Of a stretch of 64,000 nucleotides of DNA, positions 9,598-18,827 are shown in pieces. The DNA lies in contig OY760907.1 in the NCBI GenBank assembly GCA_963664195.1, forward strand, positions 2,464,001 to 2,528,000, given 5' to 3'. The position numbers were made by a program, and so were the translations under genes. A model generated the notes under the pieces. The model made no database searches, was not told the origin of the DNA, and saw only the letters and a list, made by a program, of their open reading frames with translations. The stretch's first letter is position 1; every line of letters starts with the position of its first letter. This stretch comes from an uncultured candidate division Zixibacteria bacterium (lineage in GTDB: Bacteria > Zixibacteria > MSB-5A5 > GN15 > FEB-12).

Positions 9598-10032
9598 CTA
9601 GGCGCTCTTCGTCTTGGTCTCCGGGATCGGGCGATACTCAAGAGCCTTAGTCGGGCAGAAATGTGCGCAGGCCGGGTCGCCGCCGCACAGGTCGCATTTG
9701 ATCACGAGATTGTTGAACGTGTCATGCAACGAACATCCAAACGGACAGGCCGCGACACATGCCATGCAGCGCACGCACTTGTCGTCGTTGAGTTCCATCG
9801 CGCCCGTCTTCTCGTTGCGCGTGATCGCGTTTACGAGACAGGACTTCTCGCAGGCCGGGTCATCGCACTGAAGACAGGTCACCGGCACCCAGAGTTCTTT
9901 GAAACCGCCGTCGAGCGGATAAATCCGACTCTTGCCGGGTTTCCCGTTGATCGAGTGCGAGAACGAACAGGCCAGTTCGCAGGTGCGACAGCCGATGCAC
10001 AAACCAGGATTTACTACAAAACGATATTCCAT
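9598..10032 (-). CDS. 4Fe-4S polyferredoxin (DmsB/CooF/AOR small-subunit type)
   Basis: CIGCRTCELAC, CLQCDDPAC..SC, CVRCMACVAACP, KCDLCGGDPACAHFCP; start MEYRF. Confidence 0.88.
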   Translation of the reverse strand: MEYRFVVNPGLCIGCRTCELACSFSHSINGKPGKSRIYPLDGGFKELWVPVTCLQCDDPACEKSCLVNAITRNEKTGAMELNDDKCVRCMACVAACPFGCSLHDTFNNLVIKCDLCGGDPACAHFCPTKALEYRPIPETKTKSA

Positions 10033-10811
10033 TATGCTTCCTCCTCCTGGCGATCCCACTGGCTGATCTTACCCATGCTCTTGGCAAGTTCCTGGCGATG
10101 GGCCAGATCGTTGCGCGTGAAGTAATCCTCCGGAATGCCCTTGGTCTTCGTAAGATGCGCGGCGAATTCTTTCGTGATCGTCGGACGTCCGGTGGTCTCG
10201 CATTTGATCAGTTCAAACTCGCGACCCCATATCTTCCGGGTGAACCCGCGATCTTCGTACTTGATGAAATTCGTCGGACAAATCTGCGCGCAGGCCAAAC
10301 AGCCGACGCAATCCTTCGGCGCCTCACCCAGCGGCGGGGCGATTTCTTTGCCGTGACCGCGTCCCATCGTTGAGATTGCCTTGAAGCCCATCTCGTCGCA
10401 GACGCGAGTGCACAGGCCGCAGAGTATACAGTCGTCGCCGTCGGGGATTTCCTCGTAGGTCGTTTTAGTGATCCCGTGTTCGGCAGCCATCTCCTGCACC
10501 AGTTTCGCTTTCGGCGAACGGGCCAGCATCAGGTCGAGCAAGGTCTTGCGAAGTTCAACCACGTCATCGGAGTGCGTGGTGACAATCAGGTCCTGTTCGA
10601 CGGGGTAGAGGCACGACGTTACCTGTTTTGTCCAGCCGCCCCAATCGGGTTTGCCGATCTCCACCGTGCACAGGCGGCAGGCACCGTACGGTTCCACAGC
10701 ATCGTGATGGCACGTGGTCGGGATGTTGATCCCCTGGCGTTTGATCACCGCCAGAACCATTTCGCCTTCCTCGGCCTGTACCAGTTTTCCATTTATGGTC
10801 AGTGTAACCAT
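10032..10811 (-). CDS. 2Fe-2S/4Fe-4S protein (NuoG/HydA N-terminus-like, no catalytic domain)
   Basis: IPTTC...GACRLCTVE...SC, CILCGLCTRVC, CVGCLACAQICP; only 259 aa. Confidence 0.85.
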   Translation of the reverse strand: MVTLTINGKLVQAEEGEMVLAVIKRQGINIPTTCHHDAVEPYGACRLCTVEIGKPDWGGWTKQVTSCLYPVEQDLIVTTHSDDVVELRKTLLDLMLARSPKAKLVQEMAAEHGITKTTYEEIPDGDDCILCGLCTRVCDEMGFKAISTMGRGHGKEIAPPLGEAPKDCVGCLACAQICPTNFIKYEDRGFTRKIWGREFELIKCETTGRPTITKEFAAHLTKTKGIPEDYFTRNDLAHRQELAKSMGKISQWDRQEEEA

Positions 10812-10820
10812 CTATAGCTC

Positions 10821-12674
10821 CTAGTGAACATCTATCGCGTTAAAGTTGCACACGGCAACGCAGGCGCCGCACTGGGTGCACAAGTCCTGGTCGATGACAT
10901 GTTTCTCTTTCTTTTCGCCCGTGATTGCGTCGTAGGCGCAGGCCTTAATACAGGCCAAACATCCGGTGCATTCGTCGTTGACTTCGTAGGTGATCAACTC
11001 ACGGCACACTCCGGCCGGGCATCGTTTGTCACGAATGTGAGCAACATATTCGTCTCGGAAATACTTCAGAGTCGACAGCAGCGGATTCGGTCCCGACTGC
11101 CCCAGTCCGCAAAGGGAACCGTTGACAATCGCTTTGGACAGCCGCTCCATCTTTTCAAGGTCTTCCTCTTCGCCGCGTCCCTCGCTGATCTTCACCAGCA
11201 GCTTGTGCAACTGATAGAGACCCTCGCGACACGGAGTGCACTTGCCACAGGATTCCTTGACCAGGAAGTCCGTGAAGTACTTGGCGACATCAACCATGCA
11301 GGTCCGGTCGTCCATGACGATCATGCCGCCGGATCCCATCATGGAACCGTTCTCGGTCAGCGAGTCGAAATCAACCGGCAGATCGAGTTTCGATTCCGGC
11401 AGACAGCCGCCTGACGGGCCTCCCGTCTGGACAGCTTTGAACGGACGGTCATCGATAATCCCGCCGCCGATGTTAAATATGATCTCGCGCAGCGTGATGC
11501 CCATCGGCACTTCGATCAACCCGGTGTTGCGAACTTTGCCGACGAGGGAGAAGACTTTCGTCCCGGAGCTTTTCTTGGTGCCGATTTTGGCGTACCAGGC
11601 GGCTCCCTTCTCGAAAATGATCGGGATGTTGGCGTAAGTCTCGACGTTATTCAGCACGGTCGGCTGATCGTACAGACCTTTGACGACCGAGCGAACGTAT
11701 TTGGCGCGAGGCTCACCGACCTCGCCGGCAATTGATTTCATCAGCGCCGAGGATTCACCGCAGACAAAAGCTCCGGCACCGCGGGCGATGCGGACGTCAA
11801 ACGCAAAGTCGGTTCCAAAGATGTTCTCTCCGAGCAGGCCTTGCTTGCGACAGTCTTCGATTGCCTTCTGCATGTGGACCACTGCCAGCGGGTACTCATC
11901 GCGAACGTAAATGTACCCCTGTTTCGCGCCCACCGCATACGCGGCGATAGCGAGGCCTTCAAGCACCGAGTGCGGGTCGCCTTCCATGATCGAGCGATCC
12001 ATGAACGCTCCGGGATCGCCCTCGTCACCGTTGCAGATGACGTAATGAATGTCCGACTCAACGTCGGCACAGGTGCGCCATTTGCGTCCGGCCGGGAAAC
12101 CGCCGCCGCCACGGCCGCGGAGGCCGGATTTGGAGACCTCGGTTATCACTTCGTCGGGAGTCATTTTCGTCAGCACTTTGGCCAGCGATTGATAACCGCC
12201 GTTGGCGATATAGTCATTGATATTGTGCGGGGCGATCTTGCCGAGGTCGCGAAGCGCGATTCGCTGCTGGTGGGAGAAAAACGCGACATCGGGATATCGC
12301 TCAATCTTCTTTTTGGTTGCAGGGTCCGTGTAGAGGTGTTTTTCGATTACCTCGTCACTACGAATCGACTTATCGAGGATATCGGCTACGTCTTTCACTT
12401 TCACTTTCGTGTAAAACGTGCCCTTCGGCTCGATAATCACCAGCGGTCCCTGTTCGCAGAATCCGTGGCAGCCGGTAGAGCGGACGGCCTCAATGGAGAA
12501 GCCCTTGATGCGCTTCTTCTTGAGGATAGCTTCGAATTCGTCGACGATCTCCTGCGCACCGTTGGCCAGACAGCCGGTACCGCAGCAGATCATCACTTTC
12601 TTTTCGAACTTGGCGTCGCCCTCACGGAATTCTTTCTGGACCTGCTTGAGCTGCTTGGAATTAGTAATACACAT
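10821..12674 (-). CDS. NADH/FMN-binding subunit, long HydB/BfuB (NuoF-like) type
   Basis: N-terminal thioredoxin-like 2Fe-2S, GLRGRGGGGFP, NGDEGDPGAFMDR, GGPSGG, ESCGKCTPCREG, HIRDKRCPAGVC, two C-terminal 4Fe-4S motifs. Confidence 0.92.
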   Translation of the reverse strand: MCITNSKQLKQVQKEFREGDAKFEKKVMICCGTGCLANGAQEIVDEFEAILKKKRIKGFSIEAVRSTGCHGFCEQGPLVIIEPKGTFYTKVKVKDVADILDKSIRSDEVIEKHLYTDPATKKKIERYPDVAFFSHQQRIALRDLGKIAPHNINDYIANGGYQSLAKVLTKMTPDEVITEVSKSGLRGRGGGGFPAGRKWRTCADVESDIHYVICNGDEGDPGAFMDRSIMEGDPHSVLEGLAIAAYAVGAKQGYIYVRDEYPLAVVHMQKAIEDCRKQGLLGENIFGTDFAFDVRIARGAGAFVCGESSALMKSIAGEVGEPRAKYVRSVVKGLYDQPTVLNNVETYANIPIIFEKGAAWYAKIGTKKSSGTKVFSLVGKVRNTGLIEVPMGITLREIIFNIGGGIIDDRPFKAVQTGGPSGGCLPESKLDLPVDFDSLTENGSMMGSGGMIVMDDRTCMVDVAKYFTDFLVKESCGKCTPCREGLYQLHKLLVKISEGRGEEEDLEKMERLSKAIVNGSLCGLGQSGPNPLLSTLKYFRDEYVAHIRDKRCPAGVCRELITYEVNDECTGCLACIKACAYDAITGEKKEKHVIDQDLCTQCGACVAVCNFNAIDVH

Positions 12675-12675
12675 A

Positions 12676-13131
12676 TTACTTGATCTCCACCAGCTTGGCG
12701 GCCTTGTTCACTTTGCACGAGCCGTGATACTTGTCGTTGACAATCACGACCGGCGCCATAGCACACGCACCGACACAGGCGACTGCTTCGAGAGTGTACT
12801 CCATGTCTTCGCTTGTTTCGCCGGCCTTGATGCCCAACTTGTTCTCGATCTGGCCCTGAATCAACTGTGCGCCGCGAATATGGCAGGCTGTGCCCAGGCA
12901 GACCTTGATGATATTCTTGCCGCGCGGCTTGAGCGAAAACGAATTATAGAACGACGACACCGATGACACCTTGCTCAGCGGAATGTTCAGCGCCTCAGCC
13001 GTCTGAGTGAGCGCTTCCGGGGGAAGGTAGTTGTACTCCTTCTGGATGTCCTGAAGGATCATGACAAGTGCTTCCTGATCCTGCGGGTGTCGGGCTATTA
13101 TCTCGGGTATTTTGCTGAATTCCTGACTCAT
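12676..13131 (-). CDS. 2Fe-2S subunit, NuoE/HydC-like
   Basis: VCLGTACHIRG and ACVGACAMAP. Confidence 0.92.
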   Translation of the reverse strand: MSQEFSKIPEIIARHPQDQEALVMILQDIQKEYNYLPPEALTQTAEALNIPLSKVSSVSSFYNSFSLKPRGKNIIKVCLGTACHIRGAQLIQGQIENKLGIKAGETSEDMEYTLEAVACVGACAMAPVVIVNDKYHGSCKVNKAAKLVEIK

Positions 13132-13691
13132 GTTTTCTGTACCTTGGCGAGGCGTTCCTCCGCGAGTTTCTGACCCGCGTCGATCATTTTCATGTTGGTC
13201 GCCAGCAGATCCTTCTTCTTTCCCAGCTTCTGCTCCAGGGTCAGTTTGAGGTTGTCAATACTGACCACGCCGGTGGCTGCTACAAACGCGCTGAGCATGA
13301 TCACGTTGGCCACCTTGACGCTGCCCGCTTCGAGTGCCATCTGGTTGGCCGGGACGAGAATCTCGGTGATATCTTTGCGTTCCGATGAAACGTTGATCAG
13401 CGATGAATTGACCAGCAGCAGACCGCCCTTTTTGACCTTCGGCTCAAACTTGTCAAACGACGGTCGGTTGAACACACACGCGCTCTGCGGACTGTTTATG
13501 ATCGGTGAACCGATACGCTCGTCCGAGACCACCACCGTGCAGTAGGCGGTGCCGCCGCGCATCTCCGGACCGTACGAGGGGATCCAGACCACGTTTTTGC
13601 CCTCGTTGATGCCGGTGTAGGCGAGAAGCTGACCTGCTACCATAATGCCCTGACCGCCGAATCCGGCGAAAGTAACTTCGAACTGTGCCAT
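13128..13691 (-). CDS. 2-oxoacid:ferredoxin oxidoreductase gamma subunit
   Basis: AGFGGQG, PSYGPEMRGGT. Confidence 0.92.
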   Translation of the reverse strand: MAQFEVTFAGFGGQGIMVAGQLLAYTGINEGKNVVWIPSYGPEMRGGTAYCTVVVSDERIGSPIINSPQSACVFNRPSFDKFEPKVKKGGLLLVNSSLINVSSERKDITEILVPANQMALEAGSVKVANVIMLSAFVAATGVVSIDNLKLTLEQKLGKKKDLLATNMKMIDAGQKLAEERLAKVQKT

Positions 13692-14449
13692 TAGTTACCT
13701 CCCCCTTCCGGAGTGGAATAAAGGCCGAGCCTGTAATATTCCAGCATGTTTTCCTTTAGCCAGGCAGTGGAATCGTTGGGCGTCATTCCCCAGTTCGTCG
13801 GGCAGGTCGACAGCACTTCCACAAGGGAGAAGCAACGGCCTTCGTCCTGATACTTGAACGCCTGCTTAATTGCTTTCTTGGCTTTGACGATGTGCTGCGG
13901 AGAGTGAACCGACACCCGCTCGATATACGATGGCGTCGCCAGTGTTGACAGCAACTCAGACATGCGGATCGGCATACCCACCGAGGAAACGTCGCGTCCG
14001 GCCGGTGAGGTTGCCGTGATCTGTCCCGGAAGAGTGGTAGGGGCCATTTGCCCGCCGGTCATTCCGTAAATGGCGTTGTTGACAAAGATAACCGTGATCT
14101 TCTCGCCACGGTTGGCCGCGTGGACGATCTCGCCCATGCCTATCGAGGCCAGGTCACCGTCGCCCTGATACGTGAACGTTATCATGTCGGGGCGGAGACG
14201 CTTGAAGCCGGTGGCCAGTGCAGGGGCACGACCGTGGGGGGCTTCAAGAAAGTCACAGTTGAAATAATTGTAAATCAGGACCGAGCAGCCCACCGGCGCT
14301 ACGCCGCAGGCTCGTTCTCGAAGTCCCAGCTCGTCAAGGGATTCTGCCACGAGACGGTGGATCACGCCATGCGTGCAGCCGGGGCAGTAATGGGTGACCG
14401 TCTCTTTCAGCGATTCCGGCCGAGCGAAAATGGTTGTTTGATCTTCCAT
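13691..14449 (-). CDS. 2-oxoacid:ferredoxin oxidoreductase beta (TPP-binding) subunit
   Basis: HYCPGCTHG, YQGDGDLASIG..NN, TCPTNW. Confidence 0.92.
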   Translation of the reverse strand: MEDQTTIFARPESLKETVTHYCPGCTHGVIHRLVAESLDELGLRERACGVAPVGCSVLIYNYFNCDFLEAPHGRAPALATGFKRLRPDMITFTYQGDGDLASIGMGEIVHAANRGEKITVIFVNNAIYGMTGGQMAPTTLPGQITATSPAGRDVSSVGMPIRMSELLSTLATPSYIERVSVHSPQHIVKAKKAIKQAFKYQDEGRCFSLVEVLSTCPTNWGMTPNDSTAWLKENMLEYYRLGLYSTPEGGGN

Positions 14450-14454
14450 ATCTA

Positions 14455-15555
14455 TCAGCCCTTCTTTCCTGACTTGGACGAAGCCTCTGCACGGATCATC
14501 TCTTTAATCTGCTCCTTGACTTCTTCCGGCGACGGGACAATACCGCCCGTGCGACCAAAGAACTTCACCGGCTTGGCGCCCGCTGCCACCTTCTCGACAT
14601 CCTCAACCATCTGTCCCATGCTCATCTCGACCGTGAGAACGGTCTTGATGTTCTTTTTGAGGATTTCCTTGCTAAGCTCCTTTTCCGGGAACGGATAGAC
14701 GGTGATCGGGCGGAAAAGGCCGACCGAGACTTTCTCAGCCTCAAGTTCGTCGATAACGGTCTGACAGATACGTGCCATCGTGCCGTAGGCGACCATGAGT
14801 ATCTTGTTCTTTGCAGAGACCTTGTAGTTTTCGTAACGAACTTCATTCTTTTTCATTAGTTCGTACTTCTTGAACAATTCATGGTTGTTCTTCTCAAGCG
14901 AAAGCGGATCTAGAAAAAGCGACTTGACGATCTTCGAGGGCCGTCCCTTGCAGCCGGTCAGTGCCCAACCCTCTTTCGAGGGAAGCTCGAACGGCTCTTC
15001 GTACTTCTCCGGGAATTCCACCGCTTCCATCATCTGGCCGATCATACCGTCGCCGATCAACATGACCGGATTGCGATACTTGTCGGCGAGGCTGAAGGCG
15101 AGCATGGTCAGGTCAACCGCTTCCTGAATTGTCGACGGGGCCAGCACGAGAAGACGGTAGTCACCGTGACCGCCGCCCTTGGTTGCCTGGAAATAGTCCG
15201 ACTGTGCCGGAAGAATACCGCCAAGACCCGGGCCACCGCGCATGATATTGAGCAACACGCACGGGAGTTGGGCACCCGCGATGTATGAAATCGATTCCTG
15301 CATCAGGGAGATGCCCGGGCTGGAAGAGGTCGTGAAGACACGTTTGCCCGTAGCGGCAGCGCCGAAGAGCATATTGCCTACTGCAACTTCGCTTTCCGCC
15401 TGGAGAAAAACACCGCCCACCTCCGGCATTCTTTTGGCGAGGTATTCAGCGACCTCCGACTGCGGCGTGATCGGGTAGCAGAAGTAATTGGCTGCTCCCG
15501 CGCGTATGGCCGCCTCGGCTATCGCCTCGTTGCCTTTCATCAGTATTTTTGCCAA
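14455..15555 (-). CDS. vorB: 2-oxoacid:ferredoxin oxidoreductase alpha subunit (VorB-type)
   Basis: KGNEAIAEAA, YPITPQSE, QAESE, TSSSPGISL, RGGPGLG, KGGGHGDY; TTG start. Confidence 0.88.
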   Translation of the reverse strand: MAKILMKGNEAIAEAAIRAGAANYFCYPITPQSEVAEYLAKRMPEVGGVFLQAESEVAVGNMLFGAAATGKRVFTTSSSPGISLMQESISYIAGAQLPCVLLNIMRGGPGLGGILPAQSDYFQATKGGGHGDYRLLVLAPSTIQEAVDLTMLAFSLADKYRNPVMLIGDGMIGQMMEAVEFPEKYEEPFELPSKEGWALTGCKGRPSKIVKSLFLDPLSLEKNNHELFKKYELMKKNEVRYENYKVSAKNKILMVAYGTMARICQTVIDELEAEKVSVGLFRPITVYPFPEKELSKEILKKNIKTVLTVEMSMGQMVEDVEKVAAGAKPVKFFGRTGGIVPSPEEVKEQIKEMIRAEASSKSGKKG

Positions 15556-15586
15556 AGCTCTGTTCCTCTAAGCTTCCTGACTCTTC

Positions 15587-15820
15587 TCAGTATTCGAAGA
15601 GTACAAATTGTGTCCCGTGAGTGTTTACTTCAATCGCTGAATCGGGGCAGGTGATGGCACATATCCGACAGCCGATACAGCGTGACGGATCGTGCATCTT
15701 GGCGTAGAAATAGCCCCGCAGCGTGATCTCTTTGGACATGGACAGAATCTGCTGCGGACAGGCCTGCACGCAGAGTTCGCATCCTTTGCAATGGTTCTTG
15801 TCTATGGATACACTGGGCAT
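15587..15820 (-). CDS. 2[4Fe-4S] ferredoxin / delta subunit
   Basis: CKGCELCVQACP and CIGCRICAITCPD; start trimmed to MPSV. Confidence 0.9.
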   Translation of the reverse strand: MPSVSIDKNHCKGCELCVQACPQQILSMSKEITLRGYFYAKMHDPSRCIGCRICAITCPDSAIEVNTHGTQFVLFEY

Positions 15821-15846
15821 AGTTGTTTCCTCAATACTCAACTCGT

Positions 15847-16557
15847 TCAGGTCGAGGATTTCCTTTCCCAAGGTTTTAACAAAGAGCGGTTAATGGGCAG
15901 AACGGGAAACTCCACATCGCCCTTTTTCAATTCGGCCAAAGCCCTCTCGATTCCGGTCACGAACACAATCGGCAATTCCGATCTCGCCGAGACCTCTCGA
16001 GCCAACTTCAACCCGTCGAGCACTACTTCCGCGGTTGTATCATCAATCAAATGTGCATTTGAGATGATACCTGTGAACTGCAGTCTGCTCGCGGTTTCTA
16101 TCTGTTTTATCATATCCATCGCACCGTCGACATCGGCCGTAAACGGGCGATTCTTGTTCAGGGTAAGCCACAACTCGTATCCGTTCGGCGCGAAAGCATC
16201 CCCAAGCGACTTGAGCACGGTTGCACCCAGGTCATCGCCGCCGACATCAAGAATTAACACACCTTCGTGCTGCCCCAATGCCCCTTTAATCTCCGGCACG
16301 ATAATCGGCAGGTCGGCATCGGCCCATTCGCCTTCCGGAATCAAAGATCGTACCCCATATAGTGCCAACTCTTTGGCTGCTTCGCGGGACCGGAAGTAAG
16401 GATTAACGATATCCAGATCAGCAATAGTGACGGGAACAGAAGAAGCAGAGGCGAGATGGCGGGCCAAATTCACAGCAACTTCAGACTTTCCACTGCCAAA
16501 GCTGCCAACGATAACGATGGTGTCTTTTGAGAATGCTAGTGGTGGAAAGTTGCTCAT
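15847..16557 (-). CDS. P-loop NTPase (CobQ/MinD/ParA-like) of the type often found at the head of vor operons
   Basis: GSFGSGKSE, DLDIVNPYFRSRE, LDVGGDD. Confidence 0.85.
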   Translation of the reverse strand: MSNFPPLAFSKDTIVIVGSFGSGKSEVAVNLARHLASASSVPVTIADLDIVNPYFRSREAAKELALYGVRSLIPEGEWADADLPIIVPEIKGALGQHEGVLILDVGGDDLGATVLKSLGDAFAPNGYELWLTLNKNRPFTADVDGAMDMIKQIETASRLQFTGIISNAHLIDDTTAEVVLDGLKLAREVSARSELPIVFVTGIERALAELKKGDVEFPVLPINRSLLKPWERKSST

Positions 16558-16672
16558 CCCTGCCTTTGCTGGTTTGTTCGTCAGGCTGTCCGTATGCCCC
16601 CGCCTGGCTATTTTGAGCCGCCCTCGAAGAGCTTGTCAGGACACGATTTGGACGAATAGTCTTATCCTCGAA

Positions 16673-16701
16673 AATATGGCCGGATTTGCAGGTGAAGTCA
16701 A
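16673..16701 (-). promoter_or_regulatory. Candidate sigma70 promoter of the vor operon
   Basis: TTGACT-N17-CATATT on the minus strand. Confidence 0.5.
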
Positions 16702-16707
16702 GCGCAA

Positions 16708-16725
16708 TTGTGAAAAAAATAACTA
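16708..16725. promoter_or_regulatory. Candidate Rex operator
   Basis: TTGTGAA-AAAA-ATAACTA against consensus TTGTGAA-N4-TTCACAA (11 of 14), just upstream of the -35 box. Confidence 0.4.
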
Positions 16726-16770
16726 CACTCCTGCGTCTATTGTCTTGTGTTGTGTTAGTTATCGTGTTGT

Positions 16771-16788
16771 ACGTTAAGTACTTAACGT
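16771..16788. promoter_or_regulatory. Perfect 18-bp palindrome, candidate operator
   Basis: ACGTTAAGTACTTAACGT in the divergent intergenic region. Confidence 0.55.
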
Positions 16789-17007
16789 GACCCTCGCCAA
16801 CCAATAGCGGCCCGTCCAACACGGTGATTCGGCCTATTGTGCCGCCGCTCGATTTGTCAACCGGGTTTGCCCGCCGGATGCCCTTGATCTGCGTGGAAAG
16901 ATCAAGTATTATGGCCTTTGTTGTCGTTACAAAATCGACGCAAAACACACCGGTGGTATGTACTCAACCTTCAGCACATAGAATCCGGTCGTTAAGGGAG
17001 TGACGTC

Positions 17008-17784
17008 ATGACCGATCAGAAGTGGAAAACCGCCATTACCAAGACAACGCCCACGGATATCCGCATCAAAGGCTATGATATCGCCGACATCATGGAAAAC
17101 CTCTCGTACGCTGAGGTCGTCTATCTGTTATTCAGGGGAGAGTTGCCGAATGAGGCGGAGGCTGAGTTGATGAACGCCATGTTGGTGTGTACGGTGGATC
17201 ACAGCGCGTCACCGCCTTCGGTGCTTGCCGCTCGCACGGTGGCGTCCTGTGGCAATTCGCTCAACGCCGCTATTGCCGGCGGCATGCTGGCAATCGGTGA
17301 CAACCACGGCGGGGCAATCGAGCAGTCGGCCCGTCTCATGCAGCAATGGGCGGCCCGGATTGACGAGTTCGACGGCGATTACGATACTCTGGCCACAAAG
17401 ATGGCCGACTGGCTGGCCGAGAACAAGCGACGCATGCCCGGCTACGGCCACAAACTGCATACGGCCGATCCGCGCACCGTCAAGCTGTTTGAAATAGCCG
17501 AGCGTCGTGGCTACTCCGGCACCCACATCAAGCTCAGTCGCGCCCTACAGAAGGTCATCAGCGAGCGACGGGGCAAAACGACGCCGATCAATATCAACGG
17601 GGCAGTTGCGGCTTTGATCTCAGACATGGGGTTCGATTGGCGATTAGGCAAGGGCTTCTTCATCATTTCACGAGTGCCGGGACTGATGGCCCACGCCTAC
17701 GAAGAGATGACCCGCGAGAAACCGATGCGTGTCCTCGGCCCCCCGCCCTACGAGTACGACGGCCCCGATGACCGGGAGATGTAG
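17008..17784 (+). CDS. Citryl-CoA lyase-like protein (citrate synthase fold)
   Basis: WKTAIT, VDH, IGDNHGGA, PGYGH, DPRT, NINGA, SRVPGL. Confidence 0.85.
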   Translation: MTDQKWKTAITKTTPTDIRIKGYDIADIMENLSYAEVVYLLFRGELPNEAEAELMNAMLVCTVDHSASPPSVLAARTVASCGNSLNAAIAGGMLAIGDNHGGAIEQSARLMQQWAARIDEFDGDYDTLATKMADWLAENKRRMPGYGHKLHTADPRTVKLFEIAERRGYSGTHIKLSRALQKVISERRGKTTPININGAVAALISDMGFDWRLGKGFFIISRVPGLMAHAYEEMTREKPMRVLGPPPYEYDGPDDREM

Positions 17785-17981
17785 CGGCAGATTGGACTTA
17801 GTGCTAGCGGCCAGTCAGTTAGGGGATATTGTGCTCCTCTACTCAGGCACTCAGCCTGAAAGGGTTTGACATCTACACTATCGTCGATTGGAAGTTGGTC
17901 CCAAATGGCGTACCGCGCGAGCTACCTTGGGAGACAGCTCTACAGCCGTAAGGAGCGGGCAAGAAACCGATAGATGAGTCT

Positions 17982-18083
17982 CTAAGACTCCTCCGATTCG
18001 GCAAAGAAAGATATCGTCTTTGCGATGGCGGTCGCAACTATGGCCAGACCACCCAGTATGAAAAGAATATCCATGATATACAT
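17982..18083 (-). CDS. Candidate 33-aa single-TM small protein
   Basis: Manual translation MYIMDILFILGGLAIVATAIAKTISFFAESEES*; RBS weak; resembles the N-terminus of the 18828 ORF. Confidence 0.35.
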   Translation of the reverse strand: MYIMDILFILGGLAIVATAIAKTISFFAESEES

Positions 18084-18235
18084 ATCGGAATCTCACATCA
18101 TTTCTCCATTGGTTATACGGAAAACCTGCCTTTCCGAGCATCATTTAACGAAATCACGACGTTTTTTGTTGCCCAGCGACGGATATTGTCTATTATAGTC
18201 AATCAATACCATGAAGTCGGGAGGGCTTTGCGCCG

Positions 18236-18826
18236 TTGACTGACGACCAGTACAAAAAGATCAAGCAAGACTTCGACAAGCTACAGACTCAGTCAAAGCT
18301 GATGAACCTGAAGATGGTTAACATCGGCTTTTTGGGACTGCTATACTTCCTGTACGCCATCGTCTTTACCTTCGTGTATTCCGAGATCGTATTCTTCGAA
18401 GGCAAGGGAACTTACGCGCCCCCTGAACATACGGTCGAGGAAACCGCCCCCGTTGACACCGGCGGATCCGCAAAGGAAGATCAGGCGAGCAAGCCCGGAA
18501 CATATATCTTTGTTCCTGACGGAGTGAAGGGGCCCATTTTTGCCATTTATTACGCTGCGATGGCGTTTCTTTATCTTCGTCTCTCAGTCATGGTATGCAA
18601 GATAACCAGTAGGGTGGAGTTGAGGTCACTCTTCAAGAGTTGGTTGACTTGGAGGCTTATCGCCTATATACTGTTTTTGAATGTTGGCCTTGTCGGCTTT
18701 GCATATTTCTTTGACATGATTCCAGGCAGTTACGTGCTTTCGTGGGCGATCACTGCGATAACCTTCTTGTATTTGGTTTTCTTTACGGTTTCGTTGGTGA
18801 TTAAGCACTTTGGAGGGGATGATTGA
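18236..18826 (+). CDS. Hypothetical multi-pass membrane protein
   Basis: GGAGGG upstream of TTG; about four hydrophobic segments; no family recognised. Confidence 0.7.
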   Translation: MTDDQYKKIKQDFDKLQTQSKLMNLKMVNIGFLGLLYFLYAIVFTFVYSEIVFFEGKGTYAPPEHTVEETAPVDTGGSAKEDQASKPGTYIFVPDGVKGPIFAIYYAAMAFLYLRLSVMVCKITSRVELRSLFKSWLTWRLIAYILFLNVGLVGFAYFFDMIPGSYVLSWAITAITFLYLVFFTVSLVIKHFGGDD

Positions 18827-18827
18827 T

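Noticed and set aside
10032..13131. nuoEFG of respiratory complex I, or an [FeFe]-hydrogenase
   Set aside because: No membrane or quinone-module nuo genes nearby; the G-like subunit is 259 aa with no H-cluster motifs.
13128..17784. Evidence for a reverse TCA carbon-fixation cluster
   Set aside because: The oxidoreductase looks VorB-type, no citryl-CoA synthetase is present, and the lyase homologue lacks the usual catalytic Asp.
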